Below, piece after piece: positions 37,336 through 46,933 of a DNA stretch of 64,000 nt. Position numbers and translations under genes: made by a program. The stretch is taken from contig JAYKGV010000028.1 of assembly GCA_035285595.1 (NCBI GenBank), positions 13,795 through 77,794 of the forward strand, written 5' to 3'. The stretch comes from Candidatus Sericytochromatia bacterium (GTDB lineage Bacteria > Cyanobacteriota > Sericytochromatia > S15B-MN24 > VGJW01). The notes beneath the pieces are model-generated. The model was not told where the DNA came from and did not search any database. It saw only the letters and a list, made by a program, of their open reading frames with translations. Positions within the stretch are counted from its first letter, which is position 1. Every line of letters starts with the position of its first letter.

Positions 37336-39354
37336 TCAACGATCGACGAAGCAAGGTTCCTTGTCTCCCCGAAGGAAAGCCGAGATGCCCAGGTATCTGT
37401 CGTGCGTGTCCATCGTCCGGACGAACTGGTCAGTTTCTGTCTGGAGCGCCTGTTCGAGCGGCTGCTCCGCCCCCTGTCGAACGGCGTCGAGTGCCGCGGA
37501 GAGCGCCACCCTGCCCTTGCTCGCCATCGAAGAAGCGAGGGCGCGGGCAGCTTCCTCGAGGTCCTCGTCCGGCACGACCCGATTGACGAGGCCGATCTCA
37601 GCCGCCTCGCCCGCCGTCACGTGACGTCCGGTCAGCACCAACTCGAGCGCACGGGCGCTACCAATCAACCGCGAGAGGCGCTGGGTGCCCCCGAAGCCCG
37701 GGATGATGCCGAGGTTGGTCTCGGGCAGGCCCAGCGTGGCCGACGTGCTCGCCAACCTGATGTGACACGCCAATGCCAGTTCCAGCCCGCCACCCAGACA
37801 CCAGCCGTTGATGGCGGCCACGATGGGCACCGGTGCTTCCCAGATGCGCTGGAAGATGGCATGGGCGCGGCTCAGAAGGACACGAGTCGCTTCGGGGTCC
37901 TCCAGTCGGCCTATTTCCCTGATGTCGGCGCCCGCCGCGAAGAATCCCGCGCGGCCGCGACCGGTGAGCACGATCGCCTTCACATCCGGACGACCCAGAA
38001 GCTCCTCCAGGACGTTGGCGAGATCTTCAAGCATCGGGGAGGAGAGGACGTTCGCAGGCGGCTGGGACAACCCCACCTCGGCAATGCCCTGGTCCACGGT
38101 GACCTTGACTCTTGCCGGGGCCGGTTTCAGTTCTGTCACTGGCAAGAAACGTGGTGACTTCTCCCCGGTGCGGCCCGTTTCCACGGCACGGCGCAGGCAG
38201 ATCGGCACCTCGAACCGCTCTCCGAGGCTCGCCAGTGCTTCCAGCTCCGCAACCACCTTTGCGAGGCCGCGTGCATCGGCCCAGGCGAGAGGGCCTTGCT
38301 CCATGCCGGTGCCGAGCCTCATGGCGTGGTCGATGTCCGCAGGCTCTGCCAAGGTCTCGTCCAGCATGCGACCCGCTTCGGCGACCATGGCGAGCATGAG
38401 GCGGTCAAAACCGAGCGGCCCGGACGTCGCTGGTCGGCCCAGCTCCGCCAGCTTGCCGGCGAGCCAGCCATCGTCCGGTGCTCCATGGACGCGGAAGCCC
38501 TTGCCCTTTTTCTGGCCATAGCGTTCTGCGGCGACCATCTCGGGCAGCAGACGGGATTCGGGAAAGGAAGCACCGAAGGCGGCCCGCAGCGTCCGGAGTA
38601 CATGGACGCAAACCTCCACACCCACCATGTCGGCCAGGGTGAAAGGCCCCATCGGGAAACCGCGGGTCGCAACGAAGACCTCGATGGCCTCAAAGGCGTC
38701 CTGTCCGTGCTCTTCCAGCATCAACACGGCTTCATTCAAGAAGCTCAGCAACAGGCGGTTGACAATGAAGCCGGCCGCATCCGTCCGTACTTTCACCGGT
38801 TGCTTGCCGAGTCGCCGGCACAGTTCGAGTCCTGCCGCCATCGTGGTTTCGGAAACTCCGGGATGGGCGATGACCTCGACCAACGCCATCACGTGGGCTG
38901 GATTGAAGAAGTGAAGCCCGAGCACCCGATCCGGGCGTCCCGTGGCACTGGCCAGGTCGCGCACGGGCAGGGCACTGGTGTTCGAAGCGAGGATGGCGTG
39001 GGGCTCGAGCAAGGCATCGAGAGCACGGAAGACCTCGAGCTTGACTTCGAGGCGCTCGGTGACTGCCTCAATCACGAGGTCGGCGACCGCAAGATCCTCA
39101 AGACCCGAGGCCGGGTTGACGCGAGCAGCGGCGGATGTGGCCTCCGCCTCTGTCAACTGACCTTTCTTGACCTTGCGGCTGAATAACTCGCGCGCGAGCT
39201 GCACGCCTTTGTCGCGCATGGCAGGGTCGGCATCCGCCACCAAGACTTCGAAGCCGGCCGCCGCACAGACATGGGCGATGCCAGATCCCATCGCGCCCCC
39301 GCCGACGATACCGATGGTGCGGATTCCTACACGGCTTGTCGCAGCTTCCGTCAT
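37336..39354 (-). CDS. fadN: Bifunctional 3-hydroxyacyl-CoA dehydrogenase (N-terminal) / enoyl-CoA hydratase (C-terminal) (FadN-like)
   Basis: N-terminus 'IGIVGGGAMGSGIAHV'. 'GLHFFNPAHVMALVEV'. C-terminal crotonase 'AAINGWCLGGGLELALACHIRLA'. Confidence 0.85.
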   Translation of the reverse strand: MTEAATSRVGIRTIGIVGGGAMGSGIAHVCAAAGFEVLVADADPAMRDKGVQLARELFSRKVKKGQLTEAEATSAAARVNPASGLEDLAVADLVIEAVTERLEVKLEVFRALDALLEPHAILASNTSALPVRDLASATGRPDRVLGLHFFNPAHVMALVEVIAHPGVSETTMAAGLELCRRLGKQPVKVRTDAAGFIVNRLLLSFLNEAVLMLEEHGQDAFEAIEVFVATRGFPMGPFTLADMVGVEVCVHVLRTLRAAFGASFPESRLLPEMVAAERYGQKKGKGFRVHGAPDDGWLAGKLAELGRPATSGPLGFDRLMLAMVAEAGRMLDETLAEPADIDHAMRLGTGMEQGPLAWADARGLAKVVAELEALASLGERFEVPICLRRAVETGRTGEKSPRFLPVTELKPAPARVKVTVDQGIAEVGLSQPPANVLSSPMLEDLANVLEELLGRPDVKAIVLTGRGRAGFFAAGADIREIGRLEDPEATRVLLSRAHAIFQRIWEAPVPIVAAINGWCLGGGLELALACHIRLASTSATLGLPETNLGIIPGFGGTQRLSRLIGSARALELVLTGRHVTAGEAAEIGLVNRVVPDEDLEEAARALASSMASKGRVALSAALDAVRQGAEQPLEQALQTETDQFVRTMDTHDRYLGISAFLRGDKEPCFVDR

Positions 39355-39482
39355 CGCCGACCTCCTCGTCGCGGACCCCGCCCCCCGGGCTTGGCGGGTA
39401 CCATCCCACGGCCTCCGGGGAGCGTCAAGGCCGTTTGATCCGGCATGCCGCATGCCTTATCCTTGTCGGCCGGAGGACGCCT

Positions 39483-40229
39483 GTGACACGTTTGGATGGC
39501 CGCCGCGCCGACGAGATGCGCCCGATTCGCTTCGTTCGGGGCTTTACAAAGTATGCGGAGGGTTCCGTACTCTCCGAGTTCGGCAACACGCGGGTGCTTT
39601 GCAATGCGTCGGTCCAGGACCGTGTACCCGCCTGGAGCCGCGAGCAACGCCCAGGTGAGGGATGGATCACGGCAGAGTATGCCATGCTGCCCCGTGCCAC
39701 GGGTGACCGCTCCAACCGTGAGCGGGACGGCAAGGTGTCGGGGCGCACCCAGGAGATTCAACGCCTGATCGGACGTTCTTTGAGGATGGCCGTCGATCTT
39801 GCCGAGCTTGGCGAGAGGACGATCACCCTCGATTGCGATGTGCTTCAGGCTGACGGGGGGACTCGAACGGCAGCCATCACCGGGGCGTGGATCGCCCTGC
39901 ACGATGCACTGGAATGGATGGTCGGGCAGCGGATGCTCAAGTCGATGCCACGCATCGAGCCCATCGCCGCAGTCTCGGTCGGTATGTTCCGGGGGGACCC
40001 CGTCCTTGACCTGTGCTATCTCGAGGATCGTGAGGCAGGAGTTGACGGTACCGTCGTGATGACGGGCAGTGGCGATCTGATCGAGCTTGGCTTCACGGCC
40101 GAGGGGCGTCCGCTTGCCCTTCATGAGATGCAAACGCTGCTCGATCTCGCCCATGGGGGGCTGCGGTCTCTGTGGCAGCTGCAGCGCGAGGCCCTGCGTC
40201 ACCCCGTGGCCACGGGGACGATGCCTTGA
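39483..40229 (+). CDS. rph: Ribonuclease PH
   Basis: 'RLDGRRADEMRPIRF' and 'LQADGGTRTAAITGAWIAL'. GTG start inside track ORF 39336..40229. Confidence 0.9.
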   Translation: MTRLDGRRADEMRPIRFVRGFTKYAEGSVLSEFGNTRVLCNASVQDRVPAWSREQRPGEGWITAEYAMLPRATGDRSNRERDGKVSGRTQEIQRLIGRSLRMAVDLAELGERTITLDCDVLQADGGTRTAAITGAWIALHDALEWMVGQRMLKSMPRIEPIAAVSVGMFRGDPVLDLCYLEDREAGVDGTVVMTGSGDLIELGFTAEGRPLALHEMQTLLDLAHGGLRSLWQLQREALRHPVATGTMP

Positions 40230-42910
40230 AGCTGGTATGGCAGGCCCTCAGCCTGCGCGGCCTGTTGCCCGGGGTACCCGCCGCGCTGGTGGCCTTCGCC
40301 CTGCTCTGGCGGCTGCTGCTGATGCTGTTGCCCGTTGGCTTCGGGGCAGATCTCCAGACGTTCCATGCGTGGGCCTTCAAGATGGCCCGTGAAGGGCCGT
40401 GGCATTTCTACGACACCATCTGGTGTGATTACACTCCCGCCTATCTGTATGTCCTGGGAGTCGTCGGCGTGCTCGACGCGCTGCTGCAGCCGCTTTCCGG
40501 CGGGGCCAGGATGGTCACGCACGCCTTGGTCAAACTGCCGGGGGTCGTGGCCGACTTCTTTGTCCTCGCGGCATGCCTGAGGTTGACCCAGGGTCGAATC
40601 ACCGATCGTGCCCGCACCTGGCTTTCCGCTGCGTGGTTGCTGTCGCCGGTGGGATGGGGCGTATCGGCTTTGTGGGGCCAGATGGACGCGGTTCTGCTGG
40701 CGGTGCTGGCCTGGGCATGGGTGGCGCGTCGCGAGGGCAGACTCGAGCACGCGATGATGATGATGGCCGTGGCCTCGCTCATCAAGCCGCAGGCCGCCTT
40801 CGTGGTGCCGATGATGTTGCTGGTGGGCGGTCCCCCCGCCGGGTTGCGGAGGTGGGCCGGTGCCATCGGTCGTGGGGCCTTGCTGGGTTATGCCTTGGTC
40901 TTGCCCTTCACATTGGGAAGCAAGGCCCACGGCGGTCTTGTAGGTCCCTTCGAGTTCCTGCGGTCCAAACTTGCGGCTACGGCGGGCACCTACCCGCACA
41001 GTTCCGTCAACGCCTTCAACCTCTGGGCGGCCACGGGGATGTGGCAGCCCGACTCCCGGCTCCTGCTCGGTATTCCGCATGCGGCCTGGGGCTTGGTGTT
41101 GCTGGGCGTCGTCCTGATCCTGCTGGTCCGTCACGTGCTGACAAAGGGGCGGTCTCTGGCTCTGGGGCAGGCAGACCTGCTCATGGCGCTGGTTCCCCTG
41201 GCGTGTTTCCTGCTGACCACCCGGATGCACGAGCGCTACATCTACCCCGGTCTGGGGCTGCTGACGGTGGCCGCTGCCGTCAATGCGAGGCTTCGCTTGC
41301 ACTGGACCCTCCTGACCGGCGTGGCGACAGCCAACCTTGCTTACGCCTACGGCCTCTATCACCCGCCGGGACCGTGGTGGGGGGGAGTGAGGCAGGCCTT
41401 CGAGGGCGGACTCATCCTTGTCTCCGTCCTGTTGGCCATGTTTGCGTTCGGAGACCTCATGGGGCAGATCTTGCTCCCCTCCGAAGCGCCTGCGCGCAGA
41501 CACTGGCATCAGGCCATGCTTGCGCTCGGGTGCCGCCAGATCCGCAGGGGGACTCCTGTTCTCCAGCCCCGGCGCACGCCTTGGGATGCGCTTGACTTGC
41601 GCTGGATGTGGGGGCTGGCCTTGGGATTTCTGGCGCTTGGTGCCATTCGCATCGGTCTGCCGAATGAACAGATTTTCGATGAGGTATATCACGCGCGCAC
41701 CGCTCGCGAGTTCGTAGATGGAGTAGAACCCTACGAATGGACCCATCCGCATCTTGGCAAATTGGCGATTGCCCTCGTCTTGTGGCTTACCGGCACCGCG
41801 GATGCCTGGGGTTGGCGGGTTGCAAGCTTGCTCGCCGGCGCGGCCACGCTGATGGTGGTCTACGGTTTCGCGCGCCAGATCTTCGGTCAGCGCCGGGTGG
41901 CCGTCCTTGCGGCCGGATTGCTGATGCTCGACGGGGTCTTCTTCGTCCAGAGCAGGGTCGCGATGACCAATATCTTCTGTGTCCTCTTCATAACCTCCGG
42001 AGCTTGGGCGCTATGGCAGAAGGCGGTGCGGGGACCGGTCAGACACTGGTTGGCCGACATGCCCCCTGTAGCGGCCGGGAGGCTGGCCCTCGCAGCGCCG
42101 GGTAGGTGGCAGACCCTTTGGTGGTCCGAGGGCCCCTTGCTGCTTTGGGGCTTGGCCACGGGGGCCGCCATCGCGAGTCGCTGGTCCGCGATTTATGCGT
42201 GGGGCATCGGCGTCTTCCTGCTCGTCTTCGAGGCCGTGAGGTACCGCAGGTTCGGCGATCCGGACGGATTAGGACCTCGGCTCCTGCTCCGTCTCGCGAT
42301 CTTTGGCGGTCTGGTGCCCGCCTCGGTCTATGTCCTGAGCTATTTGCCCTGGTTCATCCAGCATCCCGAACATACCCTGAGGGACCTCTGGGACCTTCAG
42401 GGTCGGATGTATCGCTATCACGCGGACATGTCCGCGACCCACAACTACCAGTCCGCCTGGTGGACCTGGCCTTTCCTGGCAAGGCCGACGTGGTACTGGT
42501 TCAAGGATTTCAAGGACGGTACGGCCGGTGGCATCGTCGCCATCGGCAATCCAGCCATCTGGTGGGCTTACCTGCCCGTGGTACTTGGTTCTACCTGGGT
42601 TGCTTTCAGGCGGCTGGACTGGCGGTTCGGATTGCCTGCTGCATTTGCCCTTGGATTATGGCTCGCGTGGGGAGTCGAGCCCAGGAACCTCATCTTCCTG
42701 CATTACATGTTCGAGGCGATCCCTTTCACATGCATCCTGTTGGCCTTCATCCTCGACCGTCTATGGCGCCATCCCCCGACCGCCTTGTGGCCCAAGGCCT
42801 ATGTAGGGGTCACCTTGGCCCTGTTCATCTTTTTCTATCCGCTCCTGGCTGGTTGGCCCGTGCCCTGGGCCTACTACCGAGCCCACGTCTGGTTCCCGTC
42901 CTGGCTCTAG
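40226..42910 (+). CDS. Large integral-membrane fusion: DUF2029/GT87-like N-terminal half + GT39 (PMT_2, Dol-P-Man-type) glycosyltransferase C-terminal half
   Basis: About 20 TM segments. C-terminal half 'LPNEQIFDEVYHARTAREFVDGVEPYEWTHPHLGKLAIAL' is the PMT/GT39 signature. N-terminal half 'WCDYTPAYLYVLG...' is DUF2029-like. TTG start overlaps the rph stop; the track start is 40172. Confidence 0.6.
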   Translation: MKLVWQALSLRGLLPGVPAALVAFALLWRLLLMLLPVGFGADLQTFHAWAFKMAREGPWHFYDTIWCDYTPAYLYVLGVVGVLDALLQPLSGGARMVTHALVKLPGVVADFFVLAACLRLTQGRITDRARTWLSAAWLLSPVGWGVSALWGQMDAVLLAVLAWAWVARREGRLEHAMMMMAVASLIKPQAAFVVPMMLLVGGPPAGLRRWAGAIGRGALLGYALVLPFTLGSKAHGGLVGPFEFLRSKLAATAGTYPHSSVNAFNLWAATGMWQPDSRLLLGIPHAAWGLVLLGVVLILLVRHVLTKGRSLALGQADLLMALVPLACFLLTTRMHERYIYPGLGLLTVAAAVNARLRLHWTLLTGVATANLAYAYGLYHPPGPWWGGVRQAFEGGLILVSVLLAMFAFGDLMGQILLPSEAPARRHWHQAMLALGCRQIRRGTPVLQPRRTPWDALDLRWMWGLALGFLALGAIRIGLPNEQIFDEVYHARTAREFVDGVEPYEWTHPHLGKLAIALVLWLTGTADAWGWRVASLLAGAATLMVVYGFARQIFGQRRVAVLAAGLLMLDGVFFVQSRVAMTNIFCVLFITSGAWALWQKAVRGPVRHWLADMPPVAAGRLALAAPGRWQTLWWSEGPLLLWGLATGAAIASRWSAIYAWGIGVFLLVFEAVRYRRFGDPDGLGPRLLLRLAIFGGLVPASVYVLSYLPWFIQHPEHTLRDLWDLQGRMYRYHADMSATHNYQSAWWTWPFLARPTWYWFKDFKDGTAGGIVAIGNPAIWWAYLPVVLGSTWVAFRRLDWRFGLPAAFALGLWLAWGVEPRNLIFLHYMFEAIPFTCILLAFILDRLWRHPPTALWPKAYVGVTLALFIFFYPLLAGWPVPWAYYRAHVWFPSWL

Positions 42911-42956
42911 AGGGAGGCCAGTTCAGCTCTTGCGACCTGCTGGGTATAACTTGCAC

Positions 42957-43418
42957 ATGAAGTCCGAGGAGATTCCGTCCCTCCCTGCTGCCCCTCGGGC
43001 GCGGGCGATCGGTTCCTTGCGGGCGATGACCAAGGTCCTGGCCGGCCTTACGGACTGGTTGCCACAGCGATATGGACATGGGCTCCAGCTGACGGCGTCT
43101 TCGGACCACGCCTCGGCGCCTCAGGCGACCGGCCTGCTCCGCGGATTGAGCAAGGTCATCGGTAGAGCCAAGGAAAGGGTCCTTGCGCCTTTCGAGGCCC
43201 TTGCCTCCTACGCCCGAAGCCTGGTAGGGCAGACCGTCGGTCGGTTCTTCGGACAACAGGCTCGGCAGCGTGAAGAGGCGGAGCAAGAGGAGAGGGAGCG
43301 TCAGCCCGAGCAGTTGCGCAGGCAGATGGCTCGCAACCGGGAGATCGAACGCGTACGCCAGATGGCTGGTCAGGTTGCCGAGGCCAGGCGGCAGGAGCAT
43401 GAGGCGGCCCGGCGTTGA
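42957..43418 (+). CDS. Hypothetical protein with a charged coiled C-terminus
   Basis: Internal Met of track ORF 42930..43418. Its stop overlaps the next start (ATGA). Confidence 0.4.
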   Translation: MKSEEIPSLPAAPRARAIGSLRAMTKVLAGLTDWLPQRYGHGLQLTASSDHASAPQATGLLRGLSKVIGRAKERVLAPFEALASYARSLVGQTVGRFFGQQARQREEAEQEERERQPEQLRRQMARNREIERVRQMAGQVAEARRQEHEAARR

Positions 43419-43915
43419 TTGCCGTGGGTTACGCGGACGTGGTGCAGCTGGGTCAGGCTATCCTCGTCTGGCTGGTCATAGGTCTCGTCTTGTTGGCGGG
43501 ATGGCTGTTGCTCTTGGCGGCGCGGGCCCTTAAGCGGTTACCTGCGGCGCTAGATCGTCTCGAGCGTATCCTTGACAGGCTCGTGCAGGAAGCCGATGCC
43601 CTTGAAGGTCTTGGGGGAAGTGTCAGGCAGGCTGGCGGCCACCTTGGGGAGGCAGCCGAAGATCTCGCCAGTGTCACGGGTATGGCAGCGGAGACCAGCC
43701 GGAAGATTCAACAGAAGCTGGCGGACCCTCTGGTCGATGGCGCCGAGCTCCTGCTTCTTCGCGTGGGGCGCCAAGGGCAAGTCGCTTGGGCCGCGGCCGC
43801 GGCTGCGGGCAGGAGCCTCATGGGCAAGGCTGCTAAGGCTGGCCCAGGGCGATCAGAACCCAGCTCGACCACGCGCGAGGCCCAAGAATCAGCGCGCCCG
43901 CCCCTAACGCCGTAA
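43415..43915 (+). CDS. DUF948-like membrane-anchored protein
   Basis: N-terminal TM 'ILVWLVIGLVLLAGWLLLLAA' followed by 'LDRLERILDRLVQEADALEG'. Its 3' end overlaps convergent dgkA by about 83 nt. Confidence 0.4.
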   Translation: MIAVGYADVVQLGQAILVWLVIGLVLLAGWLLLLAARALKRLPAALDRLERILDRLVQEADALEGLGGSVRQAGGHLGEAAEDLASVTGMAAETSRKIQQKLADPLVDGAELLLLRVGRQGQVAWAAAAAAGRSLMGKAAKAGPGRSEPSSTTREAQESARPPLTP

Positions 43916-44249
43916 GGGCCGACAGCAAGACGGCACCCGCCGCCACGTCCTTGGCTGCCTTCGCCAGGGGGTGCTTGCGATGGGTGGCGAGGTCGACCGC
44001 ATTCTCAATGGCCGTGTTGACCATCTCAAAAGCCATGACGCCTGACGAGACCAGAGCGAGAATCGCGATTTCGACTCTGGTGCAATCGAGAAGAAGGGCA
44101 AGAGACAACGCGGTGGTGCCTGCGATGACGTGGACTCGGAAATTTCTCTGGGTCCGCCACATGAAGACCAGACCCGCCAGAGCGAAGCGGAAGCTTTCAA
44201 AGAAGCTCCTGGCCCTGTATCTCACGAGTTCGGGACCTCCAACCCCCAC
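43833..44249 (-). CDS. dgkA: Diacylglycerol kinase (prokaryotic DgkA/UDP kinase)
   Basis: 'EMVNTAIENAVD', three TMs, and 'AKDVAAGAVLLSAL'. Confidence 0.85.
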   Translation of the reverse strand: MGVGGPELVRYRARSFFESFRFALAGLVFMWRTQRNFRVHVIAGTTALSLALLLDCTRVEIAILALVSSGVMAFEMVNTAIENAVDLATHRKHPLAKAAKDVAAGAVLLSALTALGAGALILGPRAWSSWVLIALGQP

Positions 44250-44704
44250 GACTGCAGCAGCCGTCTTTGCTCTGCACGCATGCGCAAATCATCTTCTGAG
44301 GTCTCGTGATCGAGGCCCGTCAAATGAAGCAATCCGTGCGCAAGCAGGAAACCAAACTCCCGATCGAGGCCATGACCATAGGAATCGGCTTGTCGGCGAC
44401 ACGTCTCGAACGACACCACGATGTCCCCCAGCAAGAGGGGACCTGGTTCAACGGGCAGGTGGCCTTCGCGCAAGGCGACGACTTCTTGCTCGGTATACAT
44501 GGGAAAGGACAGGACGTCGGTCGCCTCGTCCTTGTCCCTGTGATGGGCGTTGAGCTCCCGGATGGTGCGATCGTCGACGATCCTGACGGCAAGGACCGTG
44601 TCCTCTGGGAGACCAAGCCGTGCCATACCTTCCGACAGACGTCGTTCCCAGCCTGCGAGCACCTCAACAGGTACGTCGACCTCAGCTTCGAGGTGAACCT
44701 CCAA
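44222..44704 (-). CDS. ybeY: Endoribonuclease YbeY (rRNA maturation factor)
   Basis: 'HGLLHLTGLDHETSEDD' is the H3xH5xH zinc motif. TTG start with the N-terminus aligning to E. coli YbeY. The track ORF runs to 44833. Confidence 0.85.
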   Translation of the reverse strand: MEVHLEAEVDVPVEVLAGWERRLSEGMARLGLPEDTVLAVRIVDDRTIRELNAHHRDKDEATDVLSFPMYTEQEVVALREGHLPVEPGPLLLGDIVVSFETCRRQADSYGHGLDREFGFLLAHGLLHLTGLDHETSEDDLRMRAEQRRLLQSWGLEVPNS

Positions 44705-46193
44705 GGCGCCTCCTGTCTTCCCTGCGGGCTCGCTCCTCGCGTTCCAGCAACTGATCGGGATACTCGATCCTCTGATGATACAAACCTTGCAGAATTCTGT
44801 TGAAGACCCCGATGATGACTTCGATTTCGGCAAGGGTCAGGGGGGTTTCTGAAAGCTCACCTTCATCGACCCGCTTCTGCACGATTCTTCTGATGGTTGC
44901 CTCGATTTGTTCGGGCGAGGGTCTTGTCAAGGTGCGGCAAGTGGCCTCTACGCCGTCGGCCAGCATGACAATGGCGGTTTCTTTCGTGCTGGGCCGTGGG
45001 CCGGGGTACCTGAAATGCTCTTCGAGCACCTCATCCGCACCTTCGGATTCACACGCCTGATGGTAGAAGTAGGACACCAGAGAGCATCCGTGGTGGGTGG
45101 GAATAAAGGCCGCCACCTGGTCGGGCAAGCGATGTTCCTTGGCCATCTCGATTCCCTCGCGCACGTGAGCCGTGATCACCAGGGCGGAGAGTCGCGGCGA
45201 GATCTGGTCGTGCTGGTTGGGCATCCCCTGCTGATTCTCTATGAAGAAGTAGGGACGCTTGGTCTTGCCGATGTCGTGGTAATAGGCACCGACGCGCACC
45301 AGCAGGGGATCTGCACCTACCGCTTCGGCAGCGGCCTCGCCGAGGTTCCCGACCAGGATGGAGTGGTGATAGGTGCCTGGTGCCTTGAGCAGCAAGGTCC
45401 GCAGGAGAGGCTGAGCTGGGTTGGCGAGTTCGAGCAGGGTGAAGGGAGTCACGATGCCAGATAGTCGCTCAAGGTAAGGCAGCAGGCCCATGCCCAGTAC
45501 GACGGCCATAGGGCCCGACAACGCGGCATGCATGGCCGAGAGGCCGATCTCCTCCCACCCTCTGCTACGAAGCAGAAGCAGCAGGGCCGTGGCTACTGCC
45601 ATGGCGGCGGCGACGCGGAAACCTGCCCGGCCGACGTCCCACCGTTCCCGGACCCGTTTCAGGGCCTCGACGGCCACCCAGCTTCCCAGGATCCCGACGA
45701 CGACCACATCGGGTCCTTGGGTCGGCAAGGCCTGCAGAAGAAGTCCCCACGCCAGAACTGCGGCCATGGCCGTGCTTCGGTTCATGAACAGGAAGACCAT
45801 GATGGCTCCGGCAGGCAGTGGTGTGACGAGGGCGGGGGCATGGAGATGGTCCAGAAGGGTCACCAGGGCGAACAAGCCCACGGTGAGTCCGCCAAGCAAC
45901 GCTTGCCGCGCCGGTGACTGCAAGGCGCCGGTCTGGTGGTGCACCGTGTAGTGGACGAAGGCCGCGCCGGCCGCCACGACCGACATGAGCACTCCTAGCG
46001 CGACCAAGGGGGAAGCTTGGCCGCCGAGCAGAACCGGCCACCAGGAGGGCACGGCCGCAAGCATCAGGGCCGCGACGGAAATCGCGACCAAGCTGGCGAC
46101 GCCAGCGGGCCTGCTCAGGGAGCGCAGGCGGTTCGAGTCGGTCTGGGGCGGGGCGTGCTTGGCGTCGGAGATGACCTTGTCCTCCACGTTCAT
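44682..46193 (-). CDS. 7TM receptor with intracellular HD(IG) hydrolase (PgpH/YqfF-like), short N-terminal form
   Basis: 'GAYYHDIGKTKRPYFFIENQ' and 'MLADGVEATCRT' are HD-domain motifs. Seven TMs. The track ORF N-terminus (to 46706) is antisense to rpsU and was discarded; start at the Met at 46193. Confidence 0.75.
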   Translation of the reverse strand: MNVEDKVISDAKHAPPQTDSNRLRSLSRPAGVASLVAISVAALMLAAVPSWWPVLLGGQASPLVALGVLMSVVAAGAAFVHYTVHHQTGALQSPARQALLGGLTVGLFALVTLLDHLHAPALVTPLPAGAIMVFLFMNRSTAMAAVLAWGLLLQALPTQGPDVVVVGILGSWVAVEALKRVRERWDVGRAGFRVAAAMAVATALLLLLRSRGWEEIGLSAMHAALSGPMAVVLGMGLLPYLERLSGIVTPFTLLELANPAQPLLRTLLLKAPGTYHHSILVGNLGEAAAEAVGADPLLVRVGAYYHDIGKTKRPYFFIENQQGMPNQHDQISPRLSALVITAHVREGIEMAKEHRLPDQVAAFIPTHHGCSLVSYFYHQACESEGADEVLEEHFRYPGPRPSTKETAIVMLADGVEATCRTLTRPSPEQIEATIRRIVQKRVDEGELSETPLTLAEIEVIIGVFNRILQGLYHQRIEYPDQLLEREERARREDRRRLGGSPRS

Positions 46194-46210
46194 TATAGCC
46201 GGATGGCTGG

Positions 46211-46249
46211 CGGCAAAAAGGGAAGAGGCCCTCGCTACGCGGGGGCCTC
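46211..46249 (-). terminator. Intrinsic terminator downstream of rpsU
   Basis: Minus strand: GAGGCCC-ccgcgtagcga-GGGCCTC followed by TTCCCTTTTTG. Confidence 0.55.
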
Positions 46250-46266
46250 TTTGGGAAGAACACGAA

Positions 46267-46440
46267 TCAGGAGCGGCGCTTGCGGGCGGCCTCAGCCTTG
46301 CGCTTGCGGCGCACACTGGGCTTCTCGTAGCGTTCGCGGCGCTTGATTTCGGAGAGGATTCCGGCTTTCTGGATCTTCTTCTTGAAGCGCTTGAGTGCGG
46401 CTTCGATGCTTTCCCCTTCGGTGACACGAATTTCAGCCAT
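46267..46440 (-). CDS. rpsU: 30S ribosomal protein S21
   Basis: 57 aa, '[57 protein letters not shown]'. Absent from the track because it is under 60 aa. RBS GGAAGGGGGTGA. Confidence 0.9.
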   Translation of the reverse strand: MAEIRVTEGESIEAALKRFKKKIQKAGILSEIKRRERYEKPSVRRKRKAEAARKRRS

Positions 46441-46590
46441 GCGGTATCACCCCCTTCCATCCAAACCATCTCGCAAACTAAATACTCGGTTGAGTGTAGG
46501 ACGAAATCTGGAAGGAGGCAAGCCTTCCGATGCTGGGTGGCGTCCAGGAAACCGGCCCGATGGACCGTGCGGCGCTGGCAGAGGCGCGAT

Positions 46591-46923
46591 CTAGCCCGGT
46601 GGCCATTGCATGGCTCGGCCGGCCAGGAGATGAAAGTGCAAGTGGAAGACCGATTGACCGGCACCCGCCCCTTGATTGGTGACCAGACGATAGGCCTCCT
46701 CCACACGCAGCAGACGAGCCGTTTGCTGGATGGTCAGGATGAGGCCTGTCCCCTCGGCCGGATCCAGATCCTGAAAGCCATTGCAATGGCGAACAGGGAC
46801 CACCAGCACGTGCGTCGGAGCCTGTGGCGTTCGATCCGCGAAGGCTACGGCATCATCCGTCCGATGAAGGATCGTGGCGGGCAGCTGGCCCTCAACGATG
46901 CGGCAGAAGATACAGTCTTCCAA
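46591..46923 (-). CDS. HIT-family (histidine triad) nucleotide hydrolase
   Basis: 'HLHFHLL' triad. N-terminus '(M)EDCIFCRIVEG'. TTG start with an AGGGGG RBS. Confidence 0.8.
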   Translation of the reverse strand: MEDCIFCRIVEGQLPATILHRTDDAVAFADRTPQAPTHVLVVPVRHCNGFQDLDPAEGTGLILTIQQTARLLRVEEAYRLVTNQGAGAGQSVFHLHFHLLAGRAMQWPPG

Positions 46924-46933
46924 GGCTTGCCCC

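Noticed and set aside
37324-39453. Several + strand ORFs (37324..38157, 37808..38521, 38296..39186) and the 5' extension of the fad gene to 39453
   Set aside because: They are antisense to, or upstream extensions of, the fadN-like gene. The Rossmann motif begins right after Met 39354.
40199-41752. 517-aa minus ORF inside the GT fusion gene
   Set aside because: It is antisense to a 20-TM protein with a clear GT39 signature. Its composition is Gln/His/Arg/Pro-rich.
46194-46706. N-terminal 171 aa of the 674-aa track ORF for the 7TM-HD gene
   Set aside because: It overlaps rpsU and its terminator in antisense, or in a frame with no HD or TM features. The start was moved to Met 46193.
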